A DNA stretch of 64,000 nt from Gammaproteobacteria bacterium (GCA_963422205.2 CAXMWX010000003.1:160001-224000), one strand, 5' to 3'; counted from the stretch's first letter, positions 30,688 to 41,192 are shown. A program made the numbers and translations. Notes: generated from the letters alone by a model not told the origin.

Positions 30688-32454
30688 CTAGAACTGTGCC
30701 ACATCCAGCGCCATGACGGCCTCGCTGCCTGCGGTGATGGTGGTCAGATAGCCCGTTGTTCGGGGCAAGAAATGCTCGGCATAGAACCTGGCGGTGATCA
30801 CTTTGCTGCGGTTAAACAGGCTGTCATCCTGGGCGGCTATAGCGGCGGCCCGGGCCATTTGCCAGCCACCGCACACCGTCCCCATGAGCATGAGAAAATT
30901 CACGGCGACCGAGCCGGCGACATGATAATCGTCTTGGAAGTTTGCCAGCACCCATTGACAGGCAGCGTCCAGATCGTCTATGGCCGCTTGAAGCCGGGCG
31001 GCGATGATCTTCAGCGCGGTATCTCGGCTATCAAGCGCCGTCTGCACAGCGCGCATCTCGGCCAGCAGTGCGGTCACAGCCTTGCCATTGTCACGGATGA
31101 TTTTCCGACCGATCAAGTCCTGTGCCTGGATGCCGGTCGTGCCTTCGTAGATGCTGATGATGCGGGCATCACGGTAGTGTTGGGCAGCGCCGGTCTCCTC
31201 CACATAACCCATGCCGCCATGCACCTGAATACCGAGGCTGGTCAACTCCTGGGCCAATTCGCTCGACCAGCCCTTCACCACGGGCGTCAGCAGGGCAAAG
31301 CGCATGGCGTGATGTTCTTTGTCCTCATCCGGTTCGGCATGGTGCATGATATCCAGCGAAGCGGCGGTGACATAGGCCAGCGCCCGCATGGCCTCGGTAC
31401 CGGCCCGCATGAACATCAGCATGCGCCTGACATCGGCATGGTCTATGATCAGCGCCCGCCCCTGCTTGCCTGGGGTGCGCCCCTGCTGCCGGTCTTTGGC
31501 GTAGTGTCGCGCCTGCTGATAGGCGCGCTCGCTGATGCTCAAGCCCTGGATACCGACAGCAATGCGGGCATGGTTCATCATGGTGAACATGCAGCCAATG
31601 CCATCGTGCAGCTCGCCCACCAGATAACCCACGGCACCGCCGTTATCGCCATAGCTCATGACACAGGTCGGGCTGGCATGGATCCCCAGCTTGTGTTCAA
31701 TGGACACCGGATAGACATCATTGCGCTTACCCGGGCTGCCATCGGCATTGAGCAGAAACTTGGGCACCAGAAATAAAGAAATCCCCTTGATGCCGGGCGG
31801 GGCCTCCGGTGTTCTGGCCAGCACCAGATGCATGATGTTATCGGTGAGATCATGATCGCCCCAGGTGATATAGATCTTCTGCCCGCTAATCAGGTAATGC
31901 TCGCCTTCGGGAACGGCACGGGTCTTGACCGCCGCCAGGTCTGAACCGGCCTGGGGTTCGGTCAGGTTCATGGTGCCTGTCCATTCGCCCGTCACCAGCT
32001 TCGGCAGGTAGGTTTGCTGTAATGCCTCGCTGGCATGGGTGTGCATGGCCACCACGGCGCCCTCGGTCAGCATCGGACACAGGGCAAAGGCCATGTTGGC
32101 AGACTGCCAGATTTCATTGGCTGCCGCCGCCACCACTTCCGGCAAGCCCTGACCGCCCAGTTCCGGGGCGAATGGCAGCGCTGGCCAGCCGCCCGCGACA
32201 AAGTCCTGATAGGCCGCCGCAAAACCCGGCACCGAGGTGACTGCATTATCGCTGAAACGGGCGCCGGTGCTGTCACCTGTGCGGTTAAGCGGCGCCAACA
32301 CCTCCCCGGCAAAACGGCTGGCCTCTGTCAGCACGGCCTCAACGACATCGTCAGTGGCCGCCTGAAGGCCGGGTAATTTGTTCAGCTGGTTCAGCCCGGC
32401 CAGCTGGTGCAGGGCAAACTGCATGTCTGTGATGGGGGCGGCATAGTCAGTCAT
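30688..32454 (-). CDS. acyl-CoA dehydrogenase (DmdC-like subfamily)
   Basis: GTMNLTEPQAGSD, GQKIYITWG, IEHKLGIHASPT, QVHGGMG, IYEGTTGIQ. Confidence 0.93.
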   Translation of the reverse strand: MTDYAAPITDMQFALHQLAGLNQLNKLPGLQAATDDVVEAVLTEASRFAGEVLAPLNRTGDSTGARFSDNAVTSVPGFAAAYQDFVAGGWPALPFAPELGGQGLPEVVAAAANEIWQSANMAFALCPMLTEGAVVAMHTHASEALQQTYLPKLVTGEWTGTMNLTEPQAGSDLAAVKTRAVPEGEHYLISGQKIYITWGDHDLTDNIMHLVLARTPEAPPGIKGISLFLVPKFLLNADGSPGKRNDVYPVSIEHKLGIHASPTCVMSYGDNGGAVGYLVGELHDGIGCMFTMMNHARIAVGIQGLSISERAYQQARHYAKDRQQGRTPGKQGRALIIDHADVRRMLMFMRAGTEAMRALAYVTAASLDIMHHAEPDEDKEHHAMRFALLTPVVKGWSSELAQELTSLGIQVHGGMGYVEETGAAQHYRDARIISIYEGTTGIQAQDLIGRKIIRDNGKAVTALLAEMRAVQTALDSRDTALKIIAARLQAAIDDLDAACQWVLANFQDDYHVAGSVAVNFLMLMGTVCGGWQMARAAAIAAQDDSLFNRSKVITARFYAEHFLPRTTGYLTTITAGSEAVMALDVAQF

Positions 32455-32504
32455 CGTGGATTTCCTTACAAAAAATTAATCAGTAGCAGCATTTGGAGCA
32501 AGAC

Positions 32505-33488
32505 TCAGGTTTGCAGACGATGGGAGTATTTGTGATTAAAATTATCGCAACGATCCAGCAGGGCCTGGGTGGTGACCGGCATGGGGATACGCAGGTTTGC
32601 CAGATCGACGATCAGCAGGCCGGCCGCATGGAATAACTCGATGCCGCGCTTGCCAAGGGCATGATCCCGGCGGCTTGGCTCGGCGGGCAAGGCCGGTTTG
32701 CTGCCAGCCACGCCTTCCGAGGCGCTGACAAAACGCGGCCAGATATCGATAAACGCACTGTCGCTTCGCATGGTCTCCAACACGCCCTTGCCGCTGCCCG
32801 CCAGCGCATTTAAAAGTGGCACGGCGTCTTTGAACATGGCGGCGTGCTTGCATATCGCTTCCAGCTTATCGGCGATGCGATCGATGGCGCGCATGGTCTG
32901 GGCGATCTTCATGTAACGGCTTTCGTGGAATTGGTCAATCGGCGTGGCGAACACCTTGAACGGCTCGCCCCATAATTCATTCAGGCTCTCGCCGCCGTGG
33001 ATGGGCTTGATGTACTTGCCGTATTCCAGCGCGCCCATGAAGCAGCGGCCACATTCCTTGATCAGCGGATTATCGGATTTTACCTCAACGCCGATAACCT
33101 CCAGCTCCACCATCTTGGTCAGTATGTCGCTGCCGCGATTGAGCAGGGCGCCGGCCAGCATGGCCGCCAGCACGCGTTTTCTCGCCGCATTATTCTCGGA
33201 CTCATACGCCTGGCGCACTTCCTCAAGCCGCTCGCCGGGGGTATTGATGCCGGGCTCGACATGGTGAAAGACGCGCTTGGTGAGGTGATCGATCAGCCGT
33301 TTCTTGTACATCAGGGTATCGCCCGGGACGTTATAATGGCGTATCCAGTAGCCGTCATAATAGATGCGCGAGACATTATCCTGGTGAATTTTTCTCACCG
33401 TGCCGTTTTTAACCGGATGCAGCACGGACACATCGGCGGTGTTGCCCGTGATGACCGGTTCAGTTCTATGCAGGTTAGCCAGTGCCAT
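32505..33488 (-). CDS. conserved hypothetical protein downstream of shc
   Basis: 327-aa ORF with host-like codon usage, co-oriented between shc and acyl-CoA dehydrogenase. Confidence 0.75.
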   Translation of the reverse strand: MALANLHRTEPVITGNTADVSVLHPVKNGTVRKIHQDNVSRIYYDGYWIRHYNVPGDTLMYKKRLIDHLTKRVFHHVEPGINTPGERLEEVRQAYESENNAARKRVLAAMLAGALLNRGSDILTKMVELEVIGVEVKSDNPLIKECGRCFMGALEYGKYIKPIHGGESLNELWGEPFKVFATPIDQFHESRYMKIAQTMRAIDRIADKLEAICKHAAMFKDAVPLLNALAGSGKGVLETMRSDSAFIDIWPRFVSASEGVAGSKPALPAEPSRRDHALGKRGIELFHAAGLLIVDLANLRIPMPVTTQALLDRCDNFNHKYSHRLQT

Positions 33489-33514
33489 GATGCAAGTATT
33501 TCTCTTTGGCCGGG

Positions 33515-35629
33515 TTAGCGAAATCTGGCGAGGTAGTCGGGGTTGCTGAGCACGGGCAGGAGGGCCGGATCGATGCCCTGGCTCTGCCTAATCAATATAT
33601 CCTGCCTGCTTGGCTGGCCTTGTGTTAATCGCCGGTAGACGCCCAGCGCCCAGACCGGGAAGTAGTGGCTGTAGCCGTGGTAGCGCAGATAGAACACGCG
33701 CGGAAAGCCCGTGCCAGTGTAGAGCGATTCGAACCAGCCGCCGGCGCTGTTGCGATCATCGCGGTAATGGCGGAGCAGATATTGTACGCCGCGCGCCACC
33801 GCCTCCGATTCATGCTCGCCTGCCGCCATCAGCCCCAGCAGGCCCCAGGCCGTTTGTGAGGGCGTGCTTTTGCCCCTGCCGGCCAGGGCGCTGTCATTAT
33901 AGCTGGTGCAATCCTCGCCCCAGCCGCCATCGCTATTTTGCACCTGCTCTAACCAGTGCACGGCCTTGCGTATGCAGGCGTGATTAGGATCTTCGCCAAT
34001 GGCCGCCAGCCCGACCAGGGCCGCCCAGGTGCCGTAGATATAATTCACCCCCCAGCGCCCGAACCAGGCGCCGTCATCTGCCTGATCCTGTCGCAGAAAT
34101 TCAATGCCGCGGCTGATGGGCGGAAAACTTTTATCAAAGCCGAACATGGCCAGCATCTCTATACAGCGACCAGTCAAATCCGCCGTGCCGGGATCGACCA
34201 GGGCGCCATGATCGGCAAACGGGATGTTATTTAAATAGTCATAATGATTGTCGATATCAAATGCACCCCAGCCGCCATCGCTGCCCTGCATGCCCAGCAC
34301 CCAGTTGACCGCCATCGCCATACGCTTGAGCCTGTCCGGGTCTTTATGTGCGTCCGCCCGCAGCAAGGCCATCACTACCATGCTGGTATCATCAAGGTCA
34401 GGGTAGAAATCATTTTCATATTGAAACGCCCAGCCGCCGCTGTCCAGTGTCGGTGCTTTGTCAGACCAGTCGCCGCGGACGACTACCTGCCGGGCAAACA
34501 GCCAGCGGATGGCGGTCTGTACCGCCTGATGGTCGATGGCAAGGCCCGCCTCGGACAAGGCGCTTAGGCTAAGGCAGGTGTCCCAGACGGGTGAGAGGCA
34601 GGGCTGTACGTAGCTCTCCTCCGCCCCCGCATCATCTATGACCAGGTCTTCAATCGCCTGAATGCCACGTATCCGGTCGGGGTCGGTCGGGCCAGCCCCT
34701 TGCAGATGCAGGGCATAGACCGCATTGGCCATCGCCGGATAAATGGCACCGATGCCGCCGGCACCCCGCATGTGTTCACGTGTCCACCGCTCCAGCGCCT
34801 TCACAGCATGGCGGCGTATCACGCCCGGCACCCAGGGATCAATGCGCTTCAGGCAACGATCAACCAGAAGGAATAAGTTCTTGGCCGGTTGGCCGGGGGT
34901 AAATTTATCCAGGTGTTTTAAGGTGTTCGGGTCACGGCTGAATAATTCCCGAATCGTCTTGCCCTCTGGCACGGCAAAGACCGGCTTATGGGCAAAGATG
35001 AGCAGCAGCGGCACGATGACGCAACGTGACCAGTAAGAGACCTTGCTCAAGCTGAAGATAAACCATCCTGGCAGCCAGATGATCTCCGGCGGCATGGCAG
35101 GCACAGTGCGCCAGGGAAGCTGACCAAACATCGCCAGCAAGATGCGGGTAAAGACATTGCTGGCCTCAGCACCGCCGTGTTGATGCACCCAGTCGTGCGC
35201 CCGCTGCATGACCTGACTGGCCGGGTCTGTACCCGCCATCTTCAAGGCGAAGTAGGACTTGACCGTGGCGCTGATGTTGCCCGGGCCGGCATAGTAAAGC
35301 GGCCAGCTGCCATCGTCCAACTGGCGGCTGATGAGGTAGTCGGCCAGCCGCTTCTCCCTGGCCTCATCCACCGTGCCTAACAGGTGTTGCAGCAACATGT
35401 ACTCGGCCGGGATAGTGGCATCGGCCTCAAGATCGAAGCGCCAGTGGCCATCTTTGTTTTGCTGATCCAGCAGGGCCTGGGCGGCCTGGGCGAGGGTGCG
35501 GGTCAGGACATTGATCTGGGCATCTGCCTGGGTTGCCGGCGGACTGAAATCAGCACCTTGTGCCAGCTGGGCGGAGAGCCATTCATCAACGCTGCCATCG
35601 ATCAGGGTGTGTGTACTTGCTTTTGTCAT
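33515..35629 (-). CDS. shc: squalene-hopene cyclase
   Basis: YPDLDDT (DxDD) motif, QW repeats, WFGRWGVNYIYGT, TGTGFPRVFYLRYH; start uncertain. Confidence 0.95.
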   Translation of the reverse strand: MTKASTHTLIDGSVDEWLSAQLAQGADFSPPATQADAQINVLTRTLAQAAQALLDQQNKDGHWRFDLEADATIPAEYMLLQHLLGTVDEAREKRLADYLISRQLDDGSWPLYYAGPGNISATVKSYFALKMAGTDPASQVMQRAHDWVHQHGGAEASNVFTRILLAMFGQLPWRTVPAMPPEIIWLPGWFIFSLSKVSYWSRCVIVPLLLIFAHKPVFAVPEGKTIRELFSRDPNTLKHLDKFTPGQPAKNLFLLVDRCLKRIDPWVPGVIRRHAVKALERWTREHMRGAGGIGAIYPAMANAVYALHLQGAGPTDPDRIRGIQAIEDLVIDDAGAEESYVQPCLSPVWDTCLSLSALSEAGLAIDHQAVQTAIRWLFARQVVVRGDWSDKAPTLDSGGWAFQYENDFYPDLDDTSMVVMALLRADAHKDPDRLKRMAMAVNWVLGMQGSDGGWGAFDIDNHYDYLNNIPFADHGALVDPGTADLTGRCIEMLAMFGFDKSFPPISRGIEFLRQDQADDGAWFGRWGVNYIYGTWAALVGLAAIGEDPNHACIRKAVHWLEQVQNSDGGWGEDCTSYNDSALAGRGKSTPSQTAWGLLGLMAAGEHESEAVARGVQYLLRHYRDDRNSAGGWFESLYTGTGFPRVFYLRYHGYSHYFPVWALGVYRRLTQGQPSRQDILIRQSQGIDPALLPVLSNPDYLARFR

Positions 35630-35760
35630 CTGGTTTGTTAGCTCTGATCTGGCCTGAAGCGGCGCACTTTGCGCCTTATAGGCCAGCCCGGGCATTGTAT
35701 TGCAGCGTGCTGATTTTGCAAGCTCTCCGGTGGGTAAGAGAAGGTGCGCCCGGGGCGCTA

Positions 35761-37284
35761 TCACAGCAGCGGGATCGTTGTATGAGTGGATTTCCCGTAT
35801 GCTACGGACGGCGTATTAAACCGCTTGCCGAGAAGAATATCCGCCACGGTCAAGAGCTGCATGCGTGCATAGCGGACGCCCCGGTGATTGAGATCGCCCG
35901 CCGCGGCCATCTCGCGCTGGAAGTTGGCGGTTTTGCGCGGCCCCGGATCGTCCATCACGACCAGCCCGGCCATGAGCGCATCATCGCGCTCCAGCGCACC
36001 GCGCAAATCGCGCACGGCGCCAATGCCGACTTGTGTGCCGCCCTTTACCTCAAGCACCATGCTTTGCAGGGAATCTCCGCCCATGTCGAAGTAAAGCCTG
36101 CCATCAATGCCGCCATCCGCCGTCTGGCGGGTGGTGACAAACCCGTCAACCTGCTCAACCACCCATCGTTGAAACTGATAGGTATCTCGCTCCCACAGAT
36201 CGCGCGCGCCCTCAAGGGTACGGGGCAGGCCAGTGACAGTAAAATCATGGTCTTCTCTTAAACCAAGCCGCTCCTCCAGCCGCACCTTCGCCACCCGCTT
36301 GATCGCATGTATGGTGATGTCAATGCCGATCCACCGGCGCTTGAGGTGATGGGCGGCCTCCAGCGTGGTGGCACAGCCGCAGAACGGATCGAATACCACA
36401 TCGTTCGGATTCGAACTGGCCTTGATAATGCGCTCCAGCAACGCAAGGGGCTTTTGGGTGGCATAGCCCAGGCGCTCTTTCGCATTCTGGTTAATGATAT
36501 CTATCATCCAATAATCAACGGCATAGGTTCCTTCACGCAGATAGTGGCGATATACAAGATCGGGGCGTTCCTTTTCCCATTTCTCTGCCACGTCTCTTTT
36601 GGATTTAACGGGGCTGTCGGTAATGCCTCTTCCCATCAGCCGATAAGGCCCCCTCTCATCTCGATATTTGTATTTTCGGATCGTTGATTTTGCATGAGGG
36701 TCAAGCACATCATCCGCATTAAACGTCCACTTCTTGCTGTTTGAGTAAAACAGGAGGGTGTCATGTTTTCTATTCCACCGCTTGCGTGAGTTGATCGCCT
36801 CTCTGTAACACCACACAATCTCATTTTGAAAATTCTTAATCCCGAATATCCCGTCCATGACCAGTTTCAAATAGTGGCTTGCCGTCGGGTCACAGTGCAG
36901 ATAAATCGAGCCGGTCGGCTTGAGCAGAGTACGCATCGGCAGCAGCCGCTCGGCCATGTAGGACAGATAGGCCAACAACTGCGGTTGCAGCGTGCGTAAG
37001 GAATCCATCCAGGTTTTCAGAAACTCGGCGGCGGCAGCGTCAACGCCAGCTTCGCACATCTTTACGGGCAGGTCTTTGATAGCCCGCTCACGCTCATTGT
37101 CCAAGGCCCATAAATCGCTGAAGCCCCTGACCTGATCGGGCAAAGGCCGGCCGGTCTCATCCTGGTAAATCATGTTGTAGTCGCGGTTGGAATTAAACGG
37201 TGGGTCAAGGTAGATCAAATCCACACTGGCCGCCGGCATCTCCTGCATGATGTCGAGACAATCGCCGAAGTACAGCCGGTTCAC
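35761..37284 (-). CDS. N4/N6 DNA methyltransferase (beta class) fused to a C-terminal restriction-endonuclease-like domain
   Basis: YLDPPF, TQKPLALLERII, DPFCGCAT; C-terminal ADGGIDG..VLEVKGG PD-(D/E)xK-like motif. Confidence 0.88.
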   Translation of the reverse strand: MNRLYFGDCLDIMQEMPAASVDLIYLDPPFNSNRDYNMIYQDETGRPLPDQVRGFSDLWALDNERERAIKDLPVKMCEAGVDAAAAEFLKTWMDSLRTLQPQLLAYLSYMAERLLPMRTLLKPTGSIYLHCDPTASHYLKLVMDGIFGIKNFQNEIVWCYREAINSRKRWNRKHDTLLFYSNSKKWTFNADDVLDPHAKSTIRKYKYRDERGPYRLMGRGITDSPVKSKRDVAEKWEKERPDLVYRHYLREGTYAVDYWMIDIINQNAKERLGYATQKPLALLERIIKASSNPNDVVFDPFCGCATTLEAAHHLKRRWIGIDITIHAIKRVAKVRLEERLGLREDHDFTVTGLPRTLEGARDLWERDTYQFQRWVVEQVDGFVTTRQTADGGIDGRLYFDMGGDSLQSMVLEVKGGTQVGIGAVRDLRGALERDDALMAGLVVMDDPGPRKTANFQREMAAAGDLNHRGVRYARMQLLTVADILLGKRFNTPSVAYGKSTHTTIPLL

Positions 37285-38471
37285 GGCAGCCGTTCAAATA
37301 TGGCGGCAATGCCCTGGCCGCCGCCGATGCACATGGTCACCAGCGCATAACGTCCGCCTGTTCGTTGCAACTCATACAGCGCCTTGACGGTGATGATGCA
37401 GCCGGTGGCGCCCACCGGATGGCCTAAGGATATGCCGCTGCCGCTGGGGTTGGTTTTATCCTCCGGCAACTCCAGCTCCCCGGCCACGGCCAGCGCCTGT
37501 GCGGCAAACGCCTCGTTGGCCTCGATCACATCCATATCGGCCACCGTCAGGCCGGTTTTCTGCATGACATGACGCACCGCCGGGATGGGGCCGGTGCCCA
37601 TCAGCAAAGGCTCAACGCCCGCATGGGCGTAGCCGATGAGCCGGGCCAGGGGCTTGAGATCATGTTGTTCGGCATAGTGCTGGCTCGCCATGATAATCGC
37701 CGCCGCCCCATCGTTGATGCCGGAGGCATTGCCCGCCGTGACTGTGCCGCCCTCTTTGAATGCGGCCGGCAGCCGGGCGAGGTCAGCCAGGCGCACATCT
37801 GCCCGCACATGCTCATCGGTATCAAACAGGTGGGTTTTGCGTTTCGATGTGATTTCAACCGGCGCGATTTGCTGCTGGAAAACGCCCTGTTCGATGGCCC
37901 TGGCGGCGCGCCGGTGGCTCTCTACCGCCAGCGCATCCTGCGCTTCCCGGGTAATCCCCCATTTCTCCGCCACATGCTCGGCGGTGATCCCCATGTGACA
38001 GCCATCAAACGGATCATGCAGGGCGGCCAGCATGGCATCGGTGAGCGCAGCATGCCCCATCCGCTGGCCCCAGCGCATACTGGCAGACCAGTGCGGCGAG
38101 CGGCTCATGTTCTCGGCCCCGCCCGCCACGGCGGTTTGGACATCGCCCAGCATGATCAACTGGGCGGCGGAGATAATCGCCTGCAAGCCGCTGCCGCACA
38201 GGCGGTTGAGCGTCATGGCGGGCGTGGCCACGGGCAGCCCGGCATTGACGGCAGCCACCCGGCCAAGGTACATATCGGCCGGTTCGGTGTGGATGATGTT
38301 GCCGAATACGGCATGTTGAATCTGCTCTGCGCCCAGGCCGGAGCGCGTTAGCGCTGTGCGTATGGCGACTTCCGCCAGCCTGCCCGGCGGGGTATTTTTC
38401 AAGCTGCCGCCGTAGGTGCCGATGGCCGTCCGGGCGGCGCTCAAGACAACGACCGGGTGAATTTCTGACAT
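37281..38471 (-). CDS. acetyl-CoA C-acyltransferase (beta-ketothiolase, BktB-like)
   Basis: NRLCGSG, EANEAFA, GHPVGATG, MCIGGGQG. Confidence 0.93.
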   Translation of the reverse strand: MSEIHPVVVLSAARTAIGTYGGSLKNTPPGRLAEVAIRTALTRSGLGAEQIQHAVFGNIIHTEPADMYLGRVAAVNAGLPVATPAMTLNRLCGSGLQAIISAAQLIMLGDVQTAVAGGAENMSRSPHWSASMRWGQRMGHAALTDAMLAALHDPFDGCHMGITAEHVAEKWGITREAQDALAVESHRRAARAIEQGVFQQQIAPVEITSKRKTHLFDTDEHVRADVRLADLARLPAAFKEGGTVTAGNASGINDGAAAIIMASQHYAEQHDLKPLARLIGYAHAGVEPLLMGTGPIPAVRHVMQKTGLTVADMDVIEANEAFAAQALAVAGELELPEDKTNPSGSGISLGHPVGATGCIITVKALYELQRTGGRYALVTMCIGGGQGIAAIFERLP

Positions 38472-38631
38472 AGGCTGATTGCAGTTAATTTCGGATTCAG
38501 ACGAATCGCCCATGTTGCACCGCAACACCGAAGATGTCAAGCGCACAGGTCAACCCGTGCTGTATCGACATGGGCGTACAGCAGCACGCCTGTGCCGTTG
38601 TGGACGGCCCTCGCCTTGCCGTATCTGATGG

Positions 38632-39139
38632 CTACGGCAGTGATTTCTCTGGTGCGGCGGCTGGAACCGGGATGACGAAGCTGGCAGGGTAAATGCGATG
38701 CTTGTCCGTGATGCCATCGACTATGCCGAAGTCCAGAAAGACAGCGCTGGCGATGATCTTGGCGCCGACTCTGCTCGGAATACCACCGGTCGCCTTGCGC
38801 CCATCATCCGTTTCGCAGTCGTATTTTAATATGTCATCCGAGCGCCGGATGTCCAGGGTGCCGGGGATGGCGACTGTCCATGCACCGCGCTTGTTCGATA
38901 AGTTGCAGGTGCCGGAGGAGCCGTCACCGAATGACAGGGAGACCGGCGTGTTGGGTGAATTGGTCAATGTTGCACAGCCTGTGGCGCAGACAAAGAGCAT
39001 GAGGGCGCAGGCTGGCCTTATGATGCCATCATGCCATCTTGACGGGTTGACGGGTTGACGGGTTGACGGGTTGACGGGTTGACGGGTTGACGGGTTGACG
39101 GGTTGACGGGTTGACGGGTTGACGGGTTGATTTAGTCAT
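38632..39139 (-). CDS. lipoprotein, out of frame from its likely start because of an octamer repeat
   Basis: GGAG RBS and ATG at 39139; removing the repeats gives MTKSRWHDGIIRPACALMLFVCATGC (lipobox ATG-C) in frame with ORF 38632..39000. Confidence 0.7.
39039..39130 (+). repeat. tandem octamer (TTGACGGG)x11 plus TTGA
   Basis: Perfect tandem array; preceded by (ATGCCATC)x2 at 39023-39038. Confidence 0.97.
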
Positions 39140-39207
39140 CACGCTGATACTCCAATAATAAAAACATCAAGTATACCATACCCCCGTTTCAACTGCCAGG
39201 CGTGGAT

Positions 39208-40497
39208 TTACAGCTTTGCGAAGGCCGCTGCTGCTGCCGCTGCCGTTATTTCAATATCCTCATCGCTGTGGGCGGCGGAGATAAAGCCGGCCTCATAGGC
39301 CGAGGGTGCAAGATAAATACCCGCCTTCAGCATGACATGGAAAAATGCCTTGAATCTGTCTGTATCGCAGCGCATCACCTGGGCAAACCGGCGGATGGTG
39401 TGATCCTCGCTGAAAAACAAACCAAACATGCCGCCCGCATGGTTGGTGGTGAACGGGATGCCATGCCGGGCGGCGGCGGCGCACAGCCCGTCCAGCAGCT
39501 GCGCGGTCTTTGCGGTCAGCGCACTGAAAAAGTCCGCTTCGGTCAGCCGTGTCAAGGTAGCCAGCCCGGCGGTCATGGCCACCGGATTGCCGGACAGGGT
39601 GCCTGCCTGATAGACCGGCCCGTCCGGGGCGATGTGCGCCATGATATCGGCCCGCCCGCCAAAGGCGCCAACAGGCAGGCCGCCACCGATCACCTTGCCT
39701 AAAATCGTCATGTCCGGCTGGATATTGTAGAGAGACTGTGCGCCGCCCAGGGCGACCCGAAAGCCGGTCATGACCTCATCAAAGATCAGGATGCTGCCAT
39801 AGTCATCACAGCACTGGCGCAGTGCTTGCAGGAATGCCGGGCTGCCCGGCACACAGTTCATATTGCCAGCAACTGGCTCAACGATGACGGCGGCAATGTC
39901 ATCGCCCATCCTGGCAAAGGCATCGCTGACTTGCTCTGGGTCGTTAAAATCCAGCACCAGCGTATGTCGGGCAACATCCGCCGGGACGCCGGGCGAGGTT
40001 GGTACGCCCAGGGTCAGCGCACCCGAACCCGCCTTGACCAGCAGGGAATCCACATGGCCGTGGTAGCCGCCTTCGAATTTGATGATGGTATCCCGACCGG
40101 TCACGCCACGTGCCAGCCGGATGGCGCTCATCGCCGCCTCTGTACCGGAGTTCACCATGCGGATCTTCTCTATGGCCGGCATCAGCGCTATGATCTTCGC
40201 TGCCAATTCGGTCTCGATTTCAGTCGGTGCGCCAAAGCTCAAGCCGTAAGCAACACAATGTTGCACTTTTTTGATGATCTCTGGGTGGGCATGGCCCAGG
40301 ATCATCGGCCCCCAGGAGCCGACATAGTCAATGTATTTGTTGCCTGCATCATCAAACAGATAGGCCCCTGCGCCCTGGGCGAAGAATACCGGCTCGCCGC
40401 CGACTGACTTGAATGCCCGTACTGGCGAGTTCACGCCGCCAGCGATATAGTGTTTTGCTCTGTTGAATTGTCGATTTTGCATGGGCTTAGGGTGCAT
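39208..40497 (-). CDS. hemL: glutamate-1-semialdehyde 2,1-aminomutase
   Basis: [56 protein letters not shown]. Confidence 0.97.
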   Translation of the reverse strand: MHPKPMQNRQFNRAKHYIAGGVNSPVRAFKSVGGEPVFFAQGAGAYLFDDAGNKYIDYVGSWGPMILGHAHPEIIKKVQHCVAYGLSFGAPTEIETELAAKIIALMPAIEKIRMVNSGTEAAMSAIRLARGVTGRDTIIKFEGGYHGHVDSLLVKAGSGALTLGVPTSPGVPADVARHTLVLDFNDPEQVSDAFARMGDDIAAVIVEPVAGNMNCVPGSPAFLQALRQCCDDYGSILIFDEVMTGFRVALGGAQSLYNIQPDMTILGKVIGGGLPVGAFGGRADIMAHIAPDGPVYQAGTLSGNPVAMTAGLATLTRLTEADFFSALTAKTAQLLDGLCAAAARHGIPFTTNHAGGMFGLFFSEDHTIRRFAQVMRCDTDRFKAFFHVMLKAGIYLAPSAYEAGFISAAHSDEDIEITAAAAAAAFAKL

Positions 40498-40575
40498 GGC
40501 CTTGCCGGGCGGGCAAGCGTGTATCCGTCATCATTGTAGCGGGTCATTGTAGTGGATAGTGAGCAGGAATCGGAA

Positions 40576-40743
40576 ATGCGAAAATATATGTGTGTCATCT
40601 GTGGTTTTATCTATGATGAGCGCCGGGGCTGGCCGGATGATGGCATTCCTGCGGGGACGAAGTGGGAGGATGTGCCGATTAACTGGGTGTGTCCAGAGTG
40701 CGGGGCGAGGAAGGAAGACTTTATCATGCAGGAGATAGCTTAG
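40576..40743 (+). CDS. rubredoxin
   Basis: CVICGFIYD..WVCPECG. Confidence 0.95.
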   Translation: MRKYMCVICGFIYDERRGWPDDGIPAGTKWEDVPINWVCPECGARKEDFIMQEIA

Positions 40744-40766
40744 CAGTCGCTATAGACATCGTTTGT

Positions 40767-41189
40767 TTAGTTAGGACGGTACACCGCCAGGGCGATGATG
40801 GCAATCAGCAGGATGACCGGGATCTCGTTGAACCAGCGATACCACAGATGGCCATGCGTATTGTTATCGTGTTTGAATCCATGCAGCAACATGCCGCAGT
40901 AGACATGATAGGCAATCAGCAGGCCGATCAGGGCGAGTTTTAATTGCAGCCACAGTTGGGTGATATAAAAACCGGCATTCATGCCCAGCAGGCCGACACC
41001 GAATAACAGGGTCAACAGGCCGCCCGGCGTCATGATGCCGTAGAACAGTTTTCTTTCCATCAGCTTGAAGCGCTCAATGCTGATCGCATCGGTACTCATG
41101 GCATGGTAGACAAACAGCCGAGGCAGATAGAACAGGCCGGCAAACCAGGTCACCATAAAGATCAAATGCAGTGTCTTCAGCAGCAGCAT
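40767..41189 (-). CDS. hemJ: protoporphyrinogen oxidase HemJ
   Basis: LHLIFMVTWFAGLFYLPRLFVYH, MERKL, RWFNEIP. Confidence 0.93.
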   Translation of the reverse strand: MLLLKTLHLIFMVTWFAGLFYLPRLFVYHAMSTDAISIERFKLMERKLFYGIMTPGGLLTLLFGVGLLGMNAGFYITQLWLQLKLALIGLLIAYHVYCGMLLHGFKHDNNTHGHLWYRWFNEIPVILLIAIIALAVYRPN

Positions 41190-41192
41190 GGG

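Noticed and set aside
35630-35764. N-terminal extension of shc (likewise extensions at 4756, 23184, 38546, 53787)
   Set aside because: Longest-ORF starts overlap neighbours or lack family-like sequence; downstream ATGs fit better
39039-39130. CRISPR array
   Set aside because: Contiguous 8-bp units with no spacers and no cas genes; it is a simple sequence repeat
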